This document shows positions 11,033 through 23,113 of a DNA stretch of 64,000 bases, piece by piece. Both the position numbers and the translations under genes were made by a program. The notes under the pieces are model-generated. The model did no database searches and had not been told where the DNA came from. It was given only the letters and a program-made list of their open reading frames with translations. Source of the DNA: Carpediemonas membranifera BICM (taxonomy: Eukaryota; Protista; Fornicata); assembly GCA_019828565.1 (NCBI GenBank), contig JAHDYR010000012.1, positions 62,001-126,000 on the forward strand, given 5' to 3'. Each line of letters opens with the position of its first letter. Position 1 is the stretch's first letter.

Positions 11033-13798
11033 GTGGTGCGGTGGATTCGCGACGGCGTGCCCATCAACATCCAGCAGGCAGCCTCAAAGCCCAGGCTTCC
11101 ACCAGCACGGGCGTGCGACAAGCCGTTGTTGAGGAAGCACCTTGCGGACCTGCTCGCCTCGGGTGCGGCTGTACCTTGCCGCAGTCCGGCCCTCATCTCG
11201 CCAGTCTTCCTGGTACCGAAGGGCGAGACGGATACTCGCCTCATACACGACCTTCGCTCCCTCAACAGCGTCACCAGCGAGGTCAGGTCGTTCCGTCTGC
11301 ACGGGGTGAAGCGCCTGGTCACTCTCCTTGCCCCAGGGGACTACATGTGCCGTATAGACTTGAAGTCAGGGTACCAACAGGTAGGAATCAGACTGAAGGA
11401 CCGCAAGCTGCTCGGCTTCATGATAGACGGGCGTCCATACGCTTTCCGCGTGCTTCCATTCGGCTGGTCAGCAGCACCGTTCCATTTCCAGATGATAATG
11501 CTAGAAGCTGCTCGCCTTGTTTCGGCCCGATGGAACGTCAAGATCGTCGTATATCTAGACGATTGGGCCTTTCTCGCGCCGAAAGACTACCTGACAAGCT
11601 GCATGCCGCAGATTGTGCGCTTTCTGCAAAATTTGGGCCTTATCCTGAACATCAAGAAATCCCAGCTGGACCCCGCCACTGTCACCGTCTTCCTAGGGAT
11701 GCTGATCGACTCCGCGCGCAGAACGATACGTGTAGAGAGCAACAAGGCGCACAAGTACTCTTCGCGAATTACCGACGCCCTAGCCCGCGGCTCCTCAGCG
11801 GCCGAGTGGAAGAGACTGACAGGCAACCTGTCCTTCGCGTCATCAGCAGTCCCGGAAGGCCGCCTTTGGCTCAGGCATCTCCAGTCCTGGGAGCCCGTGG
11901 AGTCGCATCGAGTCAAGATCCCCGAGGAGCAGCGAAATGCGCTCGTCCATTGGCAGAAGCTTCTCAACAACCATACTCCACGTCCCCTGAAAGAGCTACT
12001 TTCCCTTTGGGGCACTTCCAGCAACCTAGACGTTACGATAGCCTCAGATGCTTCGAAATTCGCGGCAGGAGCCGTCATCAGCATCGATGGAGCGAAGAAG
12101 ACGATCTCTGTACCAACAAGCACCAACAAGGACCGTCATATAACGGAGCTGGAGTTCTTCGCTGCAATGGAGGCCATCAACTTCGTGCTGCAGGAGACAG
12201 CGGTCTCGGACCGGGAGATCCGCGTATTCTCGGACTCTACGGCGGCTGTGGCGTGGCTCAACAAGCAGGGCTCGTCCCGCTGCCCTCAAGCAGTCATTGC
12301 AGAGCTCCATCGCATCCTCCCGCGCCTGAGAGCCAGAGGACTGCTACTCAGGGCGGTGCACGTGAGCGGGCACCTGAATGTACGCCCGGATCGGCTGTCA
12401 CGGCTCAGCAAGGTCGATTGGGGCACGCCACAGGTGGTCCTCGACCATATCATCGACTCTTGGGGGCCTCTACAGGTGGACGTCACAGCACAGGAAGGCA
12501 AGACGCTGCAGATCGGGGCAAACCCGCTCATGCCCCTTACTCGCGCGCAGGATGGTCTCTCATCCCGGTGGGAGGGCCTCAGAGTCTACGCAGCACCCCC
12601 GTGGGCCCTCATCCCGGCCACTCTATCGAAGCTGGCCTCCATCACCACCCCCCTCACAGGACGGGGATCCCTCCAGCTGGTCATCAATGGCAGTAGTGCT
12701 CGTGCCGGACATAGTTTCGGCCGCGACCCTCGCCCTCAAGCGCTTAACGCCACACAGGCGGTACTTCCGCCTCCCTCCGGGCTCATTCGATGGGACAGAG
12801 CTACAGAGGACGGCACGGGCCGATGGCACGGTCAGACTGATGGCTCTCGCGTTCCGGCTGAAGCCTTCAACACCCTCGTTGGACACCCCAGGCTCGGAGG
12901 CCTCTCAGACTCCTACAAACGCCACATCGCGGGTACTCTGGTGACATTCGTCGACTTAGCCTCAACAACACCCACGGTAGAGCAGGTAGCTACCTGGGTG
13001 CGGCAGCAGAGAGCCTCCTGCAGCGAGACCACGATCATGCGGAAGGCCCAGCTCATCATCACTCATGGGCCAGACATCTTGGGCATCCAGCTCCCTGAAC
13101 ACTTCCGTCCGGCCATTAAGGAGGTCGCAAAGGGCGCAGCCGGCAAGCCGATCGGTCAGGCCCCACCCATAAGACTGCCACTCTTCCACAAAGCACTGTC
13201 AGAGGCAGCCGCCTCCGGGCCCCTTCCGAAGACGTGGGTGCAAGCCTTCGCCTTCTCACTAGTGGCCTACTCGACGACCTTAAGACCAGGCGAGATCTTC
13301 GGATTGACAGGAGGAGACGTGAAACCCGCGGGCGCGCGCGGTATAACGATCCGTATTCAGGCGACTAAGACCGGGAGGTCTAACGTGCTCAAGCTCGTAC
13401 CGGACGTGCGGGGACATCCGCTTTCCCCTGCGCGGTGGCTGGCCCGTCACATTCAGAACCTCCCTCAATCTGATCTGAACGAATCTATCTGGCGTGCGCC
13501 GCGTGTCGATGGCTCGCTCTCATCCACGCCCATCTCCTTCGACCTACTTGGAGACTACATGGCTGGCGTCTTCCACAGAGTCAGCATCCGGGCTCACGGG
13601 CTTAGGCGCGGCTCAGCCGCCGACCTAGTCCTGGCTGGCGTTTCCCCTTACGTAGTCGCAGCCAAGGGTACATGGGCCGATATCAATTCGATGCTCCGCT
13701 ATATCGACGACACGATGAGACTTGACCGCGCAACGTCGGCAAAGTGTTTCACGCCCCACATGGCACAGGGGCTGCCGGACAAGATTGAGTTCGAGTGA
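11033..13798 (+). CDS. RT/RNase H/MT-like region running into tyrosine recombinase (fusion probably caused by a 1-bp indel)
   Basis: YLDD, SDAS, SDSTAAV, YAAPPW, then TLRPGEI, TKTG, HGLRRG, GTW, MLRY. Confidence 0.85.
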   Translation: MVRWIRDGVPINIQQAASKPRLPPARACDKPLLRKHLADLLASGAAVPCRSPALISPVFLVPKGETDTRLIHDLRSLNSVTSEVRSFRLHGVKRLVTLLAPGDYMCRIDLKSGYQQVGIRLKDRKLLGFMIDGRPYAFRVLPFGWSAAPFHFQMIMLEAARLVSARWNVKIVVYLDDWAFLAPKDYLTSCMPQIVRFLQNLGLILNIKKSQLDPATVTVFLGMLIDSARRTIRVESNKAHKYSSRITDALARGSSAAEWKRLTGNLSFASSAVPEGRLWLRHLQSWEPVESHRVKIPEEQRNALVHWQKLLNNHTPRPLKELLSLWGTSSNLDVTIASDASKFAAGAVISIDGAKKTISVPTSTNKDRHITELEFFAAMEAINFVLQETAVSDREIRVFSDSTAAVAWLNKQGSSRCPQAVIAELHRILPRLRARGLLLRAVHVSGHLNVRPDRLSRLSKVDWGTPQVVLDHIIDSWGPLQVDVTAQEGKTLQIGANPLMPLTRAQDGLSSRWEGLRVYAAPPWALIPATLSKLASITTPLTGRGSLQLVINGSSARAGHSFGRDPRPQALNATQAVLPPPSGLIRWDRATEDGTGRWHGQTDGSRVPAEAFNTLVGHPRLGGLSDSYKRHIAGTLVTFVDLASTTPTVEQVATWVRQQRASCSETTIMRKAQLIITHGPDILGIQLPEHFRPAIKEVAKGAAGKPIGQAPPIRLPLFHKALSEAAASGPLPKTWVQAFAFSLVAYSTTLRPGEIFGLTGGDVKPAGARGITIRIQATKTGRSNVLKLVPDVRGHPLSPARWLARHIQNLPQSDLNESIWRAPRVDGSLSSTPISFDLLGDYMAGVFHRVSIRAHGLRRGSAADLVLAGVSPYVVAAKGTWADINSMLRYIDDTMRLDRATSAKCFTPHMAQGLPDKIEFE

Positions 13799-14540
13799 AA
13801 GAGAGACTGCAAGAGAGCAGCAAGGGGCCCATCTGCCGGGGCGGGTGGTCTGGGGAGGCTACCTCGCCCTCGGCCGGGCCCTATCGCGTGGACCAAGTGT
13901 GGTCGCGATAAATTTTGAGAGAGTTATGTTGTTGGCGACCGGGATTCCCCATGGGTTCACATTCGACATACCCAATGTCTGCTTGTCAGACTGGCAAGGC
14001 CAGCGTAGTGGACAATCTTCGGCTGAGCGGTCGAGGCATTCTGATTCGCATCAGATTGAGGCCAAATCAGGACCAGATCAAATCAGGAACCCAGAGAACG
14101 AAGGAGAAGCGAAATAAGTCGCAATGCAGCCTGGCTGCCAATCCTCCCCTTTCGAGGGGAGTGAGTCTGGGTCCCAGTAAGGGCCCGGCGGAACAATTTC
14201 CTGTTTACATAGTGCTACAGAAGATCACAGTAAATTGTTCACCCCCCCGGATGGTTAAGACAGAGTCTGCCGACTCGTCAGCTCGTCTGACTGCATGTAC
14301 GGCGCGAAGCCAACCCTCTCGGACAAGCGTGGTCCGGGGCCAGTGACGGCAACCCCCTTGCTCTGGGCTGGGATTCCTGGGGTAAGCCGGCAGGTGGGGT
14401 CCTGGAGCCTCACCCTGATCGTTTGGGTTTGGTCTCGAAATGTCCTGATTGGATCATTTCCAGAACCTCGAGAACGAGCCCGATGCCGAATAAACATCCT
14501 GTTGCCATTTATGACGTAGCCCGTTGTGATCGTGCAGGGC

Positions 14541-14821
14541 ACGGCGTACCGTCGTAGACGTAGACACAGTGCGCCTTGGGGCGCGGTCCACAAGGGTCCG
14601 AGTGGGGTGCCGATCACCCGGACCCAAACCCAAAAGATTCGGGGAAAATATTCGGCTGGTGACCTGGGACGTTTAAGCCAATTTAACCAAGGGGGAAAAA
14701 CCTCCCCTGTTCGGCACATCCCTGGAAATGGCTGACGACGAGCAAGACGCTCAGCCTGATCCAGGAGTATAAATTTGATCTAATCAATTGGAGACTTCGA
14801 CTGTTGTCGACTAACAGTCGG
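14541..14821 (+). repeat. Solo A-spacer-B remnant of a YR element
   Basis: 14541-14743 is identical to 23114-23316 (203 bp); followed by a B-like end (AAATTTGATCTAATCAATTGG..GTCGG) similar to 23062-23113. Confidence 0.7.
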
Positions 14822-16871
14822 CCCGTACGGCACACCACATCGGGCATCCGTGGCCCGGCGAGAACGCGAACCCGTGCGCCGTCACCGGTGGGCTCCTTGG
14901 GCCCACGGCGGCGCACTACGGCTGCCATACCCGGCGGGGCATTCGGCGGAGGTTTGAGTAATTCAAGCCTCCGCATTGCTCAGGGGAAAGGCGCCCATTA
15001 AACAGACATGTTATGGCCGAGAGCCCAGAGAACTCCTGGGGAGTGACTTTGGATCTGAAGTCGGGCTATTACCAAACCCTCGTGGAGGAGTCGAGTCGAG
15101 AGATGTTGGGGTTCAAGCACAATGGAGTCCAGTGGAGATGGAGGGGGCTCCCGTTTGGCCTCTCGACGGCCCCATTCCACTTCCAGCGGATCACGAGTCA
15201 GCTGGCCAAGCTGGTCCGCGCGAGGTTCAACGTCCTCATCTTCGTCTACTTAGACGACTTTCTGGTGATTCACAAGGACCGCGAGTACCTAGCGGCTACA
15301 GTGAAGCCTCTGCTAGAGTACCTCGAGTACCTAGGGGCCGTGATCTCGATCGAGAAGTGCCACCTCGAGCCCTCTCAGGCACTCGAGTATCTTGGCGCGA
15401 TCGTCCACTTGGACGACCTCTCAATCTCCCTACCGCAGGAGAAGATCGACGCATACACCGGGCTGATCAACCGGCTGAGCAGGGAGAGGCGCTACTCGAG
15501 GAAGGACATTCACACCCTGGCAGGCAAGCTCCAGTTCGCCTCGTGTGCCGTCGGTCAGAGGGCAAGCGTGAGACTACGGGAGCTCCAGCTGCTGGTGGCG
15601 AGCACGCCCGAAGCAACAAGGCTCAAGACCAAGGACATCCCATCACACGTCAAGACAGAACTATGATGGTGGGCACGAACGTTGATCCGAGACCCAAGGT
15701 GTCATTACGCCCCACGGGGCCCGCTAGTTCGAATAGAGACAGATGCTTCCGATTGGGCTTATGGGGGAATCATATTCCTGCCATCCTCGTCGCTGACAAT
15801 CCAAGGACGCTTCTCAGAGAGCCTGATGGGGAAGAGCATCAACTGCAAGGAGCTAATAGCGATGGAGTACGCGCTGAAAGAGTGGCGACTTCACGTGAAG
15901 TCGAGAGACGTACTGATGGTCGGGGACAACACGTCCGCCCTGTCATGGCTCAGGAAGAGCAGCACACGCGCCCCATACCACATGCGACAGCGATTGAGAG
16001 AGCTCCACGACTGGCTTTACGAGAACGACATACGAGTCGAGGTCAAGCACGCCCCAGGAGTCTTCAACACGACCGCCGACTCCCTATCACGGTTCAAGAA
16101 GCTGGACTGGCAGTCTCCAGCGGCCCTACTGCAGCACGCATTCGAACGGTGGGGCTCGGTGGACAGATCACTGTTCAGCGCTCAGCAGTTTCTCCCCGTG
16201 GACAGGACCTTCGAGACCGATGCGTTTGCAGATCCCTGGACACCTGGCCGTTCACTAGTGGTACCCCCGATAGCACTACTCCCCAGAGTTATAGCTCGGA
16301 TCGAGGAGATAGCAGTGTGGCGTTTCCTGTCTCGTTGCTCCAGTGAGTTTTGTCAGTTTAAACCACTTCACCAGTTCTTGCCTTGATTCGGCACAGCAGC
16401 CTCCAGAGAGACTCGGCGCCCTTACGACCAGGAGAACGGCATCCTGCTGATCACGCCGGAGCGAGCCTCGAACGCGAACCTGCGCTTGCGAGAGTTAGCG
16501 CAGGAGTCGTTCTCAGCGGAGTTCCCAGCCGTATTCTGGAAAGACACCGAGATCGAGGCACTCTTCAGGGACAGGCTGAAGATCAGGTTCACAGCCTATT
16601 GGATTCCTCTGCTCTGATTGAGAGGAACGTCGGCCTCGAGCTTTCAGCGGCTGGAGTCCTTGCAAGGCACGCAAGTCAGCAGGCTAGCTCAACATGGCGT
16701 AGGGAGCCACGACAGTTTGGCCAACGCACCAGAGACAGGATACTACTGACACCACTACTCAAGGACCATGAGAGAGCAACCCGCGAGAGGATAGCCACCG
16801 AGACAGCGAAGTTCCTACAATACCGAGAGGTTATGGTGGACGAGGAGATCGAAGCCGGCGAAGACTGGGAC

Positions 16872-17140
16872 CCGAGGACAGACCCCCAGGCTCCCCGGAT
16901 AGTTGCCGGACTTTCAGGGAGACAGGAAAGCATATTTGCACGGAGATGGCCGCAGGGCCTCTGGGGCGATTGGAATCGGCTTTCCGCGGAGACAGTAGCA
17001 CCGAAAGCCCAAGGCAAACGCTGCTGACCAGTTTGCCACGGGAAATAGGCAGTACCCCGGGGCACTCAGCTCCAAGACAACGGGAAACAAGCTCAGTCCG
17101 GGGTCAGAATCCAAGCACCATAAATTTCTTTCTTCTTTCT
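16872..17140 (+). mobile_element. 269-bp 5'-truncated LINE 3' end (or SINE-like derivative) with (TTTC)n tail
   Basis: 14-bp TSD GCGAAGACTGGGAC at 16858-16871 and 17141-17154; homologous to 37203-37473. Confidence 0.85.
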
Positions 17141-17372
17141 GCGAAGACTGGGACACCACAGGCGCCCGTGCGGACTCGGCCGCTTTTCTGGGCGAGATGC
17201 AGTCCCACCTTACTGATCACCAATGGCTGACCGACGCAGAGGAGCTCATCGCCTGTGTCGACCCCGAAGATTACCTCACAAGGTTTCTGTTCCGGGAGAT
17301 TCCCTTCTGTGCCCGGGACACGCTCAGCACAAAGGCAGCTAACATCCTGCTTGGCCTCGAGGCCATCGGTGA

Positions 17373-20300
17373 TGACGTTGTCGGTGGGAAACATTTTAAT
17401 CTCGACACAATGGTGTCGTAATCATCAACTGATTAAATGATAAGGAGTCTACGACATCCTGCTCCTCCCCCGCTCCGAGGTGTTCAACGGCTTCCATCGA
17501 ATCCTATGTTGCCGGAGGTAGTCGGAAATTGGGCCGACCTTGGCATTGTCGCGTGTCAGTGGTTCCCATGTCGTCTGGGTGTAGCCCTCCCACTTAATGA
17601 GTAGGGTGTGGTCTCGAGTGTTGTGCTCAAGTACTTGTTCTACAATGTATCTCTCGTCGTCGGAGGCGGCATACTGTCTCGCCAACTCCAGGGAGATGTC
17701 AGGGCAGAGGGCAATCTTGTCCAGATGCGTGAATTGCCTCTCGTCATTGAGTAGGGACGCTACTTCAACAGCGTTGTTGCTGTGGATTGCGTGAACCTTG
17801 AATGGGCCGAGTAGGCCGTGCAGCTTGTGCTTGACAGCTGGTTTGATGAACACTAGGTCACCTGACCTAATAGCTGGGCGTGTTGGGGCAGGGCCCAGCC
17901 TCTCCTCCCTCTTGTTGCACTGAGTTATAACCTTGTCCAGATTGTCCTGGACGTGAGCTAGTCGATCGAGATATTGCGCGATATCGGGTCTCTCTAGCGC
18001 CGCTTGTTGATTTCTGACCAAACCGATCTCTGCTCGGCGGCCGTAGACGACCTCGTGCGGCGATACGCCGAGCTTCGTGTGTGTTGATGTGTTCAAGATG
18101 TGTTGGACGAAGGGGAGGAGTTGGCTCCACTCTCCATAGCCGTCCATAGCCAGCGCCAGCCATCTGAGGTGACGTCCGACTTCCGCGTTCCGGCGCTCGA
18201 CCACCCCGTTACTTTGAGGATGGTATGGCAACGTCCGCTGGTGGTGCGCTCCGAGCTGTTCAATCAGGAGGCTCACGACCTGATTAACATACTCTGTTCC
18301 GTTGTCACTCTTGATGTAGCTTGGGATGCCGTGGCGGGTGACGGCCAGCCATAGGGCGTCGACCGCGCTCTGGGCATTGTTTGCGGTTGCCGCATGCAGC
18401 TCTGTGTAGCGTGTGTAGAGGTCCGTGATGACGTAGATGAACTTGGCCCCATACGCGTCCTCCGACAGCGGTCCCACCGTGTCGATGGCTATGGTGTTCC
18501 AGAACGAGTCTTGAATGGTGCGCCCCTCTGGGGCTGACAAGAACTGCTTGAGCCTTGTCTTGGCACAGGTGGGGCACTGCTGGACGAAGTTGCTCACGTC
18601 TCTAGCGCGGCCGGGCCACCAGGCGACCTCGGCTACCCGTTGAAGCGTATCAGCTCTGCCGCCATGTCTGCTGTGGGCGGCTTTGATCAGCTTGTGTCGT
18701 AGCGCTCTGGCGTCTTTGGGGAGGACGGGGACGGCATCCTTCACCCAGGTGTTGTTGTTGATGGTGGCACCAGCGCGTCGCCAAGAATCCTTCTCCTCTT
18801 GGGAGGTGTTCTTTTGAGCAGAACTAATCTCATCGTTCCAATCTGTAAGCTCCACGGCTAGTGCGTCGATGCGGGACATCAAGTCCGCGGTCTCGTTATC
18901 AAGACCGGCGATATGTTCGATTGTATACTGATAATCCGATAGTAACAGCGACCAACGGAGGATCTTATCGTTCTTAAGCTTCTTCTGATCAAGATACACA
19001 AGGTTCTTGTGATCAGTCTGAATTGTCAGATTTGGGTGAATCCTGAAGAGCTGGCCAAGATCTGGTCTGGTCAGGCAGTGTATGATTGCGAACAGCTCCT
19101 GTTCGTAGGTACTCCACCTTGTCTGAGTCTTGTTGAAGGATCCCGAGAAGAACGAGACTATCTCTTGGCGTCCGTCGTCCCCCTCCTGAGTGAGGATGCC
19201 ACCGAATCCTATATCTGAGGCGTCCGTCTGGAGCACCCACTTCTTGTTGAGGTCCGGATGGACCAGTGCTAGTACTTCTCGAGGCGTCTCTTGAACTCGT
19301 CAAGTGCCTCATCATGAATCGATGACCAAATGAAATCGGCGCCATCGGTGGCCGACCGCAAGTCATTGATGGGAGATAGTACTCTACTAGCGTCAGGAAC
19401 AAATTTCGCTACGTAGTTCAGCGAACCACACATTGAAAGAAGTCCTTTCTTCGTCGTTGGCGTTTTCAGGGCATGGATTCCCTCCACGCGTTCCTTGCTT
19501 AGCTTTAGGCCCTCTGTATTACAGATGAAGCCTAGCATCTCCACCTCCTCCACGCCAATCTTGCATTTCGGCGCTTTGAGCCGGAGGCGTTGTTCCTTGC
19601 AGATATCAAGGACGTTGTGCAGCCGTTCTAGGAACTCCTCCTTCGTGCGGCCATATATCATGACATCGTCGATGTAGATAGCCACGCCGTGGTGTAGCTC
19701 CTTCGCGAAGGCCTTCTCCATACATCTCTGAAAGTGTGATGGGGCGTTGCAGAGGCCAAACGGGAGTCTCTCGAACTCCTCGTACGCATCCGGGGTGATA
19801 AAGGCGGTCTTGGGGATGTCCTCCTCCTTAACCTTGACTTGATAGTAACCTTGTCTCAGGTCGAGACTGGCGTAGTACTCTGCGCCTGCGGCTTCCCGCA
19901 GGTACGCCCTGATGTCAGGTAGCGGGTACCTATCCCGCTTCGTGTGACGGTTGATGACGGTGTAGTCTACACATAGGCGAATCTTGGTCGACCCCTTGTG
20001 CCCGTTCGAAACCACCACTACGGGCGAGGCATATGGCCCGTGACTGTGGCGGATAATGTGCTGGAGGTGCATCTGCGTGACCTCCTGGCGCACCTTCTCT
20101 CGCTTTTCCTCCGAGAGGTGTCTCGGTTTTTGGTTGAACTCATTCACCCAGTCGTCGGAAATGAAATCAATAGACATCGGTTCAAGCTTGCTGCCTTCTG
20201 TAGGGAGCTCTTCCTCGAACACTTCTTCGTATGCAGCGCAGATCTCTCGTGCTGCTGCGCCGGTTTCGTTCTCGCCGAACTCGATCTTATCGATTTCGGT

Positions 20301-21806
20301 CTTGATGCTCCTATTATCAGCGTGTTCCGCCGATAAGTAGCTGTGGTTGTAAGGGAGGATGTCATCTTCCTTCTCCGGGCCTTCTGGCGACGGGAAAGGG
20401 AGGAAGATTCCTCTGTCGCTGATGAACCCGAGGGCTCTCAGCTGATCTACGCCCAATAGGAGCTTCTCCACAGGACCTGGGAGTACTCTGAAGCTGATGT
20501 TCTTGACTATGGGTCTCGTGGTCAGATGTGGGAGCTCGACGCGGAGCTCAACCATCTCATTACCCTTGACGGTGCTACCTCCCGCCAGCAAGACGATAAA
20601 CGGTTGGCACTTCTTCGGCTTGATGGAGTTGTCACGCTCTCTCAGAGTGTGAAGCAGTCGGCTGCTAATGAATGAGACCCCGGCTCCCTTGTCAACCGTA
20701 GCAGAATAGGAGGAGTGATTTATGACAGCCTCCGTGTGGAGAGCTTCAGCATCACCCTCCTCTGCCGCGTGCGCCTCGAAGGGCGTCTTCTTCGGGGGGT
20801 TAGGGCGGAGCTGGCCGCTCTCGCGGGTCCGGCCCCCGAGCTTAGGGCAATCCGAGTCCCAGTGCTCGCCTCCGCAAAGGCGGCACGGTCTTGTACGCTG
20901 CTTACGCGAGGACTGGGCGGCAGTGGTGGTCTTAGCAGCCTGGGGAGGCGCCTGACGGTGCTCCCGGTGGTCGTTGGCCTGCGAGGCGCCTGCAGAGGTG
21001 CTGGAGGCGGTCGTGGTCGTGGAGTTAGACGCATCCTCGAGCTTGGCGACGGTGCGTGCGATGTTGATGAGGTCCTTGAGGGAGGACGGCTTGACGAACT
21101 GGCTCTCGAGCTCGATCCTTTCGTAGAGCGACTTCGGCTTGATCTTCTCCAGAAAGATCTTCCTTGCCGTCTTGTCGAAGGCGGCTGCTCGCTTCGCTGT
21201 GACGTCGGCGGCAGTGAGGAGTGCCTCCTCCTCCACCACCTCGGCAGTGCCGTCTTCAAGCAGGCGGGCCATCTTTCGCTTCTCCTTGCCAAAGAGCGCT
21301 GCTAGGCTCTCGCTGCCCTCCTTCGCGGCGGAACGAAGGGCGTAATCTGCGAGTTCCACGAAATCGGCGCCCAGCTGGCGGACGACAGAGAGATTCGAGG
21401 GGTAACCCTCGGTACCCAGCTTCGGGCACAGCACAGCACGCAGCTGGCGTTTTTCGAGCAGGGAACGGGGTGTGGCCTCGGATTCGAGGAACTCATATAC
21501 TTGGTTGGAGGTGGCGCTCTCAGCGCTCACACCGAGGGTTGCTTCTAATTCTTCCTGTAACTCCTCGCTAAGCAGGAGCCCGGTAGCATAGTCGGGGATC
21601 CGAGCGCGAAACACGCGAACCTCGGCTTTGAATTTCTTAACACCGCGAGGATCGAGCTCCTTGGCCGACATACGCGGGAAATTATAATCGATTTCCAACT
21701 GAACCATTACGAGTGATCACTATGACGTTGTCGGTGGGAAACATTTTAATCTCGACACAATGGTGTCGTAATCATCAACTGATTAAATGATAAGGAGTCT
21801 ACGACA
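17373..21806 (-). mobile_element. Complete Ty3/Gypsy chromodomain LTR retrotransposon (4.4 kb)
   Basis: Identical 84-bp TG..CA LTRs at 17373-17456 and 21723-21806; TSD GTGA; PPT GGGGGAGGAGCAGGA; gag-PR-RT 21707-19269 and RH-IN-chromo 19236-17449. Confidence 0.95.
17449..21707 (-). CDS. Gag-Pol polyprotein (one frameshift near 19270)
   Basis: CRLCGGEHWDSDC knuckle, VDKGA protease-like site, YIDD, TDASD, HHCC, DTVGP..SDNG..NGVVER, YIVEQV..LIKWEGY..TWEP chromodomain. Confidence 0.9.
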
Positions 21807-23113
21807 GTGAGGACCCGGCAAGGTCAAGGGCAGAGGCCTCACTGGCAAGAGCGTGCGCTCGTCTAGCGGGAGGATGCGAGCTCACGGCCGGCCGCCGCAC
21901 CGGCAGAGCATTCCCGGTGTCGTTGGAGCAGCTCATTGCAGCAGTCCGTAGAGCAAGGGAGCACCCGACGCCTGCCATGACACAGACAGTAGCCTTCGGC
22001 CTCCTCTGCTATGCGACCGTCAGCAGATCAGGCGAGATCCTTAAGCTCACCACAAAGGACGTCTCTAGAACCAGAGAGGGTTTCATCATTACGATCAGAC
22101 ATACGAAGACACAGGACAGGCCGCTCCTCAAAGTGGTCAAATGGTACTGCGAGACACCGGAGATATCAGCAGCGGCGTGGCTCGACAGCCACCTCCGACA
22201 GATCGGCGACGGCCCACTATGGAGGTCCCTCGACCACACCGACCGGACGCTGGACCTGAACACCCGCCCGCTCACTGGAGCCGCATGGAAACCGTGGGAA
22301 ATGAGGATGGACGTGGCGGAGGTGTTCCAGGCCTCAGGTCACAGCTTTCGTCGGGGGGCGGTTGTGCACATGGTGAACAAGCGCGTGCCTCATCCCATAA
22401 TACAGGCCATGGGAGGATGGGCATCCATGGATTCGCTTTCTAAGTACTCAGAAGAAGCGATAAGGCTATCAAGACAAGCAATGTGATAGTACACATAGAA
22501 GAGTTAAAGATAAGGACAAACAGGCAGTAGAAGTGTCTACAGACCTAAAATGGGAGCAAACGACATAGTGAAGTCTTGAAAAATCCCCAGGGATAAGGTT
22601 GTTATAAGGTTGTTGGCACTTGGCTTTGCGAAAATCGTATACCCGCTTTGAAACATTTCAAAGCAACTTTGCGAAAGACGTATAGTAACAAAATGATGGC
22701 GGGATGCATCAATTGGAATAATCGATTATCGTCGACCAGACGGTCGGCATATCATCGATATGTAGATAGTCACGCCTCGGGCGTGGTGTAGAGTGGACAC
22801 TGACACTGCTGGGTCGGGGTCCGCGCGAGATCTATCTCGGCGATACCGAGAAGATTCTTGAGATCGACAAAATATTTATTAGATAGACCAGAGATGATAC
22901 GAGTCAAGAGGAATCAACAGGACCAAATCGTATCACCTACCAGCAGAACCTGATGGCCGAGGATCCACCTCCGATAACGGTTGAGAGCCTTGCGGCGCTC
23001 GTTCAACAGCAGCAGGACAGAGGGCGAAGGAGGGGAGCGATATTCGGCCAACCCAGGTAGTAAATTTGATTCAATCAATTGGAATAATCGATTATCGTCG
23101 ACCAGACGGTCGG

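Larger units (their letters stand above)
10150..14120 (+). mobile_element. PAT/DIRS-like YR retrotransposon, near full length
   Basis: gag 10287-10805, RT-RH-MT and YR in 11033-13798; 3' region homologous to 27305-27600; exact ends uncertain. Confidence 0.85.
15010..23113 (+). mobile_element. 5'-truncated YR retrotransposon (second subfamily), interrupted by a LINE fragment and a Gypsy element
   Basis: RT 15013-15666 (YLDD), RH/MT 15682-16320, YR split across about 16700-17372 and 21811-22486 (VSRSGEI, HSFRRG, GGW, SKY); B repeats 22708-22747 and 23074-23113. Confidence 0.85.

Noticed and set aside
10723-12696. Long alternative-frame ORFs (also 1055-2395, 6566-7837, 14976-16346, 23858-25537) as extra genes
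   Set aside because: Low-complexity R/P/G-rich translations with no recognisable domain, consistent with GC-rich shadow frames; overlap constraint cannot be excluded without a multi-copy alignment
11033-13798. Novel single RT-RNase H-MT-tyrosine recombinase fusion protein (921 aa)
   Set aside because: Removing one C from the run near 12650 restores the MT tail (..SSWSSMAVVLVPD..VRLMAL) seen in frame in sister elements, where YR is a separate overlapping ORF; the fusion is most likely an indel
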